Origin: a bacterium
GTDB lineage: Bacteria > Hinthialibacterota > Hinthialibacteria > Hinthialibacterales > Hinthialibacteraceae
Assembly: GCA_963662285.2 (NCBI GenBank)
Contig: CAXXMV010000002.1
Location: 256,001-320,000, forward strand
Direction: 5' to 3'
Length of the DNA: 64,000 nt
Shown piece after piece: positions 59,096 through 64,000 of this stretch; within the stretch, counting starts at the first letter, position 1, and the number at the start of each line of letters is the position of its first letter. Made by a program: the position numbers and the translations under genes. The notes below the pieces were generated by a model that had not been told where the DNA came from, made no database searches, and saw only the letters and a list, made by a program, of their open reading frames with translations.

Positions 59096-59204
59096 AAAAT
59101 CACACAAAAATAAACCTGCAATCGAACACCCTGGTAACAGGGAAATGAATATTCTTTTATAATATTGCCCGTCTTCAAATCCAAAACAACAAGTTTAATT
59201 AACT

Positions 59205-59747
59205 GTGAATATTTATCAAATCATTTTTATTTCCATCGCGCTGGGTTGCGACGCATTTTCAATTGCTTTATGCATTGGAGCATTTAAGCGTTATCCAGGG
59301 CAGAAATTCCGCCTGGGATTCCATTTTGGCCTATTCCAATCGCTGATGTTTATAGTGGGATTTGGGCTGGGACATGTGCTTCTGGGTTGGATCAGCATTT
59401 ATGGCAAATGGATTGCGTGCGTTATTGTGGGATGCGTGGCGCTGCACATGATTGCTGAATCATTTAAGAAGCATGAAGAGCAAATCGCGACTGATTTGTC
59501 TCGTGGATGGTTCTTGATAACCTTTTCCATAGCGACTAGTATCGATGCTCTTGCGGTAGGTTTCTCATTTGGTTTGCTGGGAGGTTCTCCCTGGTTGTCC
59601 TGCTTAATAATTGGCTTAATTGCAGCGATTATGACCCTGACAGGATTATTCATTGGCCGGCGTCTTCGAGCATCATTCGGCAAAATTGCGGAATTCGGCG
59701 GTGGGATAGTATTACTTTGCGTCGCGCTTGGATTATTGAGAATGTGA
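59205..59747 (+). CDS. mntP: Manganese efflux pump MntP family
   Basis: AL..DAF.., FGLFQ..M, ATSIDALAVG, AE..GG..L; GTG start. Confidence 0.88.
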   Translation: MNIYQIIFISIALGCDAFSIALCIGAFKRYPGQKFRLGFHFGLFQSLMFIVGFGLGHVLLGWISIYGKWIACVIVGCVALHMIAESFKKHEEQIATDLSRGWFLITFSIATSIDALAVGFSFGLLGGSPWLSCLIIGLIAAIMTLTGLFIGRRLRASFGKIAEFGGGIVLLCVALGLLRM

Positions 59748-59770
59748 GAGTAGAGAGGTTTGATTGATCA

Positions 59771-60280
59771 ATGACTACTCAAGCCTATATCGCATTGGGA
59801 TCAAACCTGGGTGACCGATCCGTAAATATACAAAGCGCTTTGCAACAGCTGACTTTGGAAAAGGGCGTCTCCTTGCTGCGCGTCTCCCCTGTTTATCAAA
59901 CCAAAGCAATAGGTTTCACCGAAGATGTTCCACCTTTCTATAATGGCGCCGCTGAGATTGAGGTTGGATGTTCCGCACAAGAACTATTAGATATTCTGAT
60001 GCGTATAGAAAATCAAATGGGACGCACCCGTGAAGCAAGCCAGGGCTACCTATCCCGCACCATCGATCTTGATATTCTTCTTTTCGACGAAAAAATCATT
60101 GATCAGCCGAACCTGCAAATTCCACATCCTCGTATGCTTCAGCGTTGGTTCGTCTTGAAGCCGCTGGTTGATCTAAATCCAGAACTGGTGATTCCCGGAA
60201 ATGTTATTACCGCCGCAGAGGCTTTAGCGCAGTTATCTCCACAATCTGCGTTATCAGAATCCATTGTCATAACGCTATGA
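59771..60280 (+). CDS. folK: 2-amino-4-hydroxy-6-hydroxymethyldihydropteridine diphosphokinase
   Basis: YIALGSNLGD, IE..MGR, RTIDLDILL, IPHPR...R.FVL.PL. Confidence 0.95.
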   Translation: MTTQAYIALGSNLGDRSVNIQSALQQLTLEKGVSLLRVSPVYQTKAIGFTEDVPPFYNGAAEIEVGCSAQELLDILMRIENQMGRTREASQGYLSRTIDLDILLFDEKIIDQPNLQIPHPRMLQRWFVLKPLVDLNPELVIPGNVITAAEALAQLSPQSALSESIVITL

Positions 60281-61746
60281 TCGGAAATCAAAACGAAAAT
60301 CTCAGAAAGTATTCAAATTCATCAACCAATCCGTTAAGCGGATCATGGCGCGTAATCGTTTTGGGAATTTTCAGCGCTATCGGTTATCTGATGATTGCGG
60401 CATGGTCTGGGGATGACCTTCGTCATGGGCAGGTGGATGCCGCAGCTATTACGAAATTCCTTCAAGCATTCGGCCTGCTCTTTATATGTTACTGGCTGCT
60501 AATTTCCCCCCTGGTCAGAGGAAAACGGATGGATCCCCGTCATCTATGGTTTGCGATCGCCTTCGGGCTGCTATTCCGGGCCATACTTCTGCCCACCGAT
60601 TTGATCCTTGAAAATGATATCTACCGCTACATGTGGGATGGTCATACCTCCCGGCAGGGCGTCAATCCTTTCCGCTATGCTCCCTCGGATAACGAAATGG
60701 TTCCCTATCGAACTGAGTATTGGTCTAAGATCAATTATCCCCATATCCCGACTATCTATCCGCCAACCCTTCAATATATCTTCATATCTTCAGACACCAT
60801 CTATCCCGGCAGCGTAACCGGGATGAAATTTTTCCTGCTGGTTTTTGACGTCGGAACCATCTTTATTTTACTGGCCTTATTGGAAGCGCTAAAAAAGCCG
60901 CCGGAGTGGTGCCTGATCTACGCCTGGTCGCCGCTGGTCATCAAGGAGATCGCCAACTCAGGTCACGCGGATGTAGTCAGCGCATTTTGCTTAGCAGCCC
61001 TAATGCTGCTGATAGTGAAAAAGAAACCGATCCGTTCAAGTTTCACATTGGCGGCGTTGTTTTTAACCAAATTCTTCGGAGTTTTGTTTTTACCCCTTTT
61101 TTATCTGACCTGGCGCGTCCGGCATTATGCACTGTTTGGCCTGTTTGTTTTCCTGCTATATCTTCCATTCCTATCTTTGGACGTAAATCCCTTCAAAGGT
61201 TTTCTGACTTATTCAAAGGAATGGCAGTTTAACGCAGGGCTTTATGAGGTATTGCTGAATTTATTTAACCGCGTAGGAGGAAAAGCGGCGGAAAATTCCA
61301 GTATTCTGGCCAGACTCTTTATGTTATCAGTCATTCAAATTACTGTGCTGTGGCAAACCAGCGCTCTTTTATGGCGCAAAAATCAGGTCGATCTTTTTTG
61401 GGCCATGTTTGTGATAACTGCAACCCTTCTACTCTGCTCTCCGGTAATCAATACCTGGTATCTGGTATGGTTGGTTCCCTTTTTCTGCCTGTTCCCCAGC
61501 CGCGCCTGGATCATGTTTAGCGGATTGGCGTTTCTTTCATATACTTATTACTACAACCATTATTTTCCATCATGGGTAAAACTGACCGAATTCGGGATAT
61601 TCTTCTACCTGCTATTTATAGAGGCGGTTCTTCCCAAATTACGATGGGGCGTCATCGGCCCCTGGCCCTCGATTGAAAACGAAACTGAAGCATTAATCGA
61701 AGAGATGACAGAAGCAACAGAACAGAATGATGCTGCGGTGAAATAA
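60277..61746 (+). CDS. GT-C fold membrane glycosyltransferase (DUF2029/GT87-like)
   Basis: DIYRY.WDG....G.NPF.Y.P, TIYPP, YAW.PL..KE..NSGH.D, WY..W. Confidence 0.82.
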   Translation: MIGNQNENLRKYSNSSTNPLSGSWRVIVLGIFSAIGYLMIAAWSGDDLRHGQVDAAAITKFLQAFGLLFICYWLLISPLVRGKRMDPRHLWFAIAFGLLFRAILLPTDLILENDIYRYMWDGHTSRQGVNPFRYAPSDNEMVPYRTEYWSKINYPHIPTIYPPTLQYIFISSDTIYPGSVTGMKFFLLVFDVGTIFILLALLEALKKPPEWCLIYAWSPLVIKEIANSGHADVVSAFCLAALMLLIVKKKPIRSSFTLAALFLTKFFGVLFLPLFYLTWRVRHYALFGLFVFLLYLPFLSLDVNPFKGFLTYSKEWQFNAGLYEVLLNLFNRVGGKAAENSSILARLFMLSVIQITVLWQTSALLWRKNQVDLFWAMFVITATLLLCSPVINTWYLVWLVPFFCLFPSRAWIMFSGLAFLSYTYYYNHYFPSWVKLTEFGIFFYLLFIEAVLPKLRWGVIGPWPSIENETEALIEEMTEATEQNDAAVK

Positions 61747-61750
61747 CCTA

Positions 61751-61927
61751 TCAATCCAGCTGATCCCAAGTGAAATAGCGTGAACTGGCTACATAGCGGT
61801 CTTTGCTTTTCTTAACCACAACCTTCTTAACCATAAATTTCTTGAATCGTTCGGCGAACCAACCCCAGCGCCCCAGGGTTATCATCACCAGCCGTAATGC
61901 TATAAGTTTGATTGACGTCATGCGCAT
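61751..61927 (-). CDS. Possible small basic protein (58 aa), not in ORF track
   Basis: MRMTSIKLIALRLVMITLGRWGWFAERFKKFMVKKVVVKKSKDRYVASSRYFTWDQLD; fills the gap and converges on the GT-C stop. Confidence 0.45.
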   Translation of the reverse strand: MRMTSIKLIALRLVMITLGRWGWFAERFKKFMVKKVVVKKSKDRYVASSRYFTWDQLD

Positions 61928-61950
61928 AATTCATATCTCAACATATCTGT

Positions 61951-61989
61951 TATAAATAAATGGCGCGAAAGTTTATCTCACGCGCCATC
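61951..61989 (-). terminator. Intrinsic terminator of the 62037-62717 gene
   Basis: Minus strand ATGGCGCG...CGCGCCAT followed by TTATTTAT. Confidence 0.65.
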
Positions 61990-62036
61990 ATCTTAATTCA
62001 AATTCCACAACAAACTACCTCAAAAACCACTAAATC

Positions 62037-62717
62037 CTATTTCTTCTTTTCATTGGTATGTGATTTTAATGTGCTGACGCCTTTGAATGACTTTGTGCGG
62101 TTGGGGTCTTGCCCAGGAGGCGAGAAACGAAATTCCTCTTTAACGAATCCATTCACATCGGGGTGATACCAATACAAATATTTCATTACGATGCTGAATT
62201 CAGGGGGGATTGATACGGTTACGGTTGCATCGACTTTAACGCAATCCTTGAATTTTCCGGCGGGAACTTCAATTGTCTCTTTGTTAATACATTTGACATT
62301 CCAATTAAAATGGTAGGATTTGCCGTTATCAGAAATTTCAGATTTGTAGTTTTTCTCTTCTCCCGGTTTCAAATCCATATAATCCAATTTCACCGGAGGG
62401 GTGAATTCCAGCATTTGAGGACCGGCATCCACCTGATGGATCAACCGTTTGGCGCAGATGAACATTTTAGAAGTTGCGCTATCGTCGGCGCCCCATTTTT
62501 CTGACAATATCCACCGCGTTTCGCCTTTTTCCTTAGTGGTTGAGAGGATTTCACGGGTCCGGTCTCCGTTTACTGGTTGGCCGATACTTCCGGAAGAGCG
62601 GCTTCCAACATGTTTATAGACCCATTTCTCACCTACGGTGAATTCATCCGCCATAGCACAGTTCATAAAAATAATGCAGCATACAATCGCAAGCAAAACG
62701 CTGAATCCTCTTGGCAT
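62037..62717 (-). CDS. Hypothetical secreted beta-rich protein
   Basis: AGGAG RBS, signal peptide, GEKWVY, E.I.VPAG.F.DC.KV, WY.P.V.G.VK. Confidence 0.75.
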   Translation of the reverse strand: MPRGFSVLLAIVCCIIFMNCAMADEFTVGEKWVYKHVGSRSSGSIGQPVNGDRTREILSTTKEKGETRWILSEKWGADDSATSKMFICAKRLIHQVDAGPQMLEFTPPVKLDYMDLKPGEEKNYKSEISDNGKSYHFNWNVKCINKETIEVPAGKFKDCVKVDATVTVSIPPEFSIVMKYLYWYHPDVNGFVKEEFRFSPPGQDPNRTKSFKGVSTLKSHTNEKKK

Positions 62718-62846
62718 TGTTCTCTCCTCTAAATATTGTGTTTATAATTAAAGTACAACATACTCTTTCTTTTATTTGCTTCTTAAGTCATTATTACCAT
62801 AATTATTAGAACCATAATAATCATAAAAAACTAGAGGAATGATGAC

Positions 62847-64000
62847 ATGACTATTCAAAATTTGTCTCCTGAAGAACAACAATGGGTGGATGCTACCCTT
62901 GCCGGACTAACTCTGGAACAAAAAGTGGGACAAGTTTTTTGCCCATATATGATGAATGAACGCTTAAATCTTGAGGAGCAGATTGATGAATACGCTAATA
63001 GGGTGAAGCAAGAAACCGAGACTTTCGCTCCTGGCGGCTATTACATAAATCGTCACTACATACCAACTACAACCGCAATTTTGAATAATATCAAAAAAAT
63101 ATCGCCTGTCCCTCCTATGATCTGCTCTGATATGGAATCAGGCGCCGGAGGCGGTTTGGGTGGGGTTGTGGCGCCCGACCTGGTTACCTTTCCTCCCGCT
63201 ATGGGCATCGGCGCAACCGGTTCAGAACAATACGCTTATCAAGCCGGGCGTTGTACTGGTTGGCAGGCGCGTATGATCGGGGTGCATTTCGTATTCGCTC
63301 CAAGCCTGGACGTTAATATTAATCCCGATAATCCAATCATAAACATCCGCTCGTTCGGTGAAGACCCTGAATTGGTCTCGCGTCTGGGCAGCGCCTTTAT
63401 CCGTGGATTGCAGGATGGCGGCGTGGCGGCGTCGGCCAAGCATTTCCCCGGGCATGGAGACGCCGCAGAAGATTCGCATCTTCTACTGAGCACTATTACC
63501 GCAGACCGTGACCGTTTGAATAAAGTAGAACTATACCCCTACCTCCGTGCTATTAATAATGCGGATGTGTATTCTATCATGACTGCTCATCTGGCTGTTC
63601 CGGCTTTGGAATCAAATCCAAAATTACCGGCCACCTTATCTTCCATAATTTTACATGACCTCTTACGCGAGGAGATGGGTTTCACTGGTCTTATCGTAAC
63701 CGATGCAATGCTGATGGGCGGCGTAACCACCTTGTATGAAGCTGGAGAAGCGGCTGTGCGGGCGTTTCAAGCCGGGGCTGATTGGATCCTAATGTCTCCT
63801 GATATGAAGAGCGCTTATTCTGCGGTTCTAAAAGCAGTTCAGTCTAATGAAATTTCAGAAGAACGTCTCCATGAATCGGTTGTCAGAGTCTTGTCTCTCA
63901 AAGCTAAACTGGGTCTGCATGAAGAAGAGAACATCGATCTAAATGGATTGAGCGAGTTGCATGATTTGAACCATTATCCTACCAAGGTCAGTTACGCCAT
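62847..64000 (+). CDS. GH3 beta-N-acetylhexosaminidase (NagZ-like), 3'-truncated by window edge; missing from ORF track
   Basis: GAGG RBS; LTLEQKVGQ, D.E.G, FAP.LDVN.NP.NPIINIRSFGEDP, KHFPGHG....DSH, IMTAH, GLIVTDAM.MG. Confidence 0.92.
   Translation, partial: MTIQNLSPEEQQWVDATLAGLTLEQKVGQVFCPYMMNERLNLEEQIDEYANRVKQETETFAPGGYYINRHYIPTTTAILNNIKKISPVPPMICSDMESGAGGGLGGVVAPDLVTFPPAMGIGATGSEQYAYQAGRCTGWQARMIGVHFVFAPSLDVNINPDNPIINIRSFGEDPELVSRLGSAFIRGLQDGGVAASAKHFPGHGDAAEDSHLLLSTITADRDRLNKVELYPYLRAINNADVYSIMTAHLAVPALESNPKLPATLSSIILHDLLREEMGFTGLIVTDAMLMGGVTTLYEAGEAAVRAFQAGADWILMSPDMKSAYSAVLKAVQSNEISEERLHESVVRVLSLKAKLGLHEEENIDLNGLSELHDLNHYPTKVSYA

Noticed and set aside
59096-59204. yybP-ykoY Mn riboswitch upstream of mntP
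   Set aside because: No GGGGAGUA-type core; only a short CCCTG/CAGGG hairpin.
1-64000. CRISPR array, tRNA/rRNA, integrase or transposase genes
   Set aside because: No regularly spaced repeats, cloverleaf/rRNA signatures or recombinase motifs seen by eye; a tRNAscan/Infernal run would confirm.

Overview
Gene-dense bacterial chromosome segment (roughly 40-45% GC by eye, standard code 11) with about 55 CDSs. It carries housekeeping genes (acyP, gpsA, pgsA, thiL, cinA, comF, rny, nnr, hinT, pilD, short lpxD, metK, ahcY, xylB, comM/yifB, mntP, folK), many carbohydrate-active or secreted proteins (GH36, two GH172/DUF2961, ThuA-like, GH3, polysaccharide deacetylase, GT2/GT4/GT-C), and several regulators. 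I found no rRNA, tRNA, CRISPR array, integrase or transposase. Most notable: (1) a ~860 bp cassette bounded by a duplicated comM 5' end. It holds a NYN (PIN-like) RNase gene faced by a predicted ~59-nt convergent small RNA with its own sigma70 promoter, structured stem and U-tract, a candidate RNA-antitoxin system. (2) An XRE-HTH fused to a degenerate nucleotide-cyclase domain sits between metK and ahcY. (3) Two tandem acidic surface proteins share a duplicated promoter and a C-terminal V-x-[DE]-W-x-L-[HF] tail, a candidate sorting signal. (4) There are two families of short palindromic REP/MITE-like repeats. All product calls come from motif recognition only; no database searches were run.
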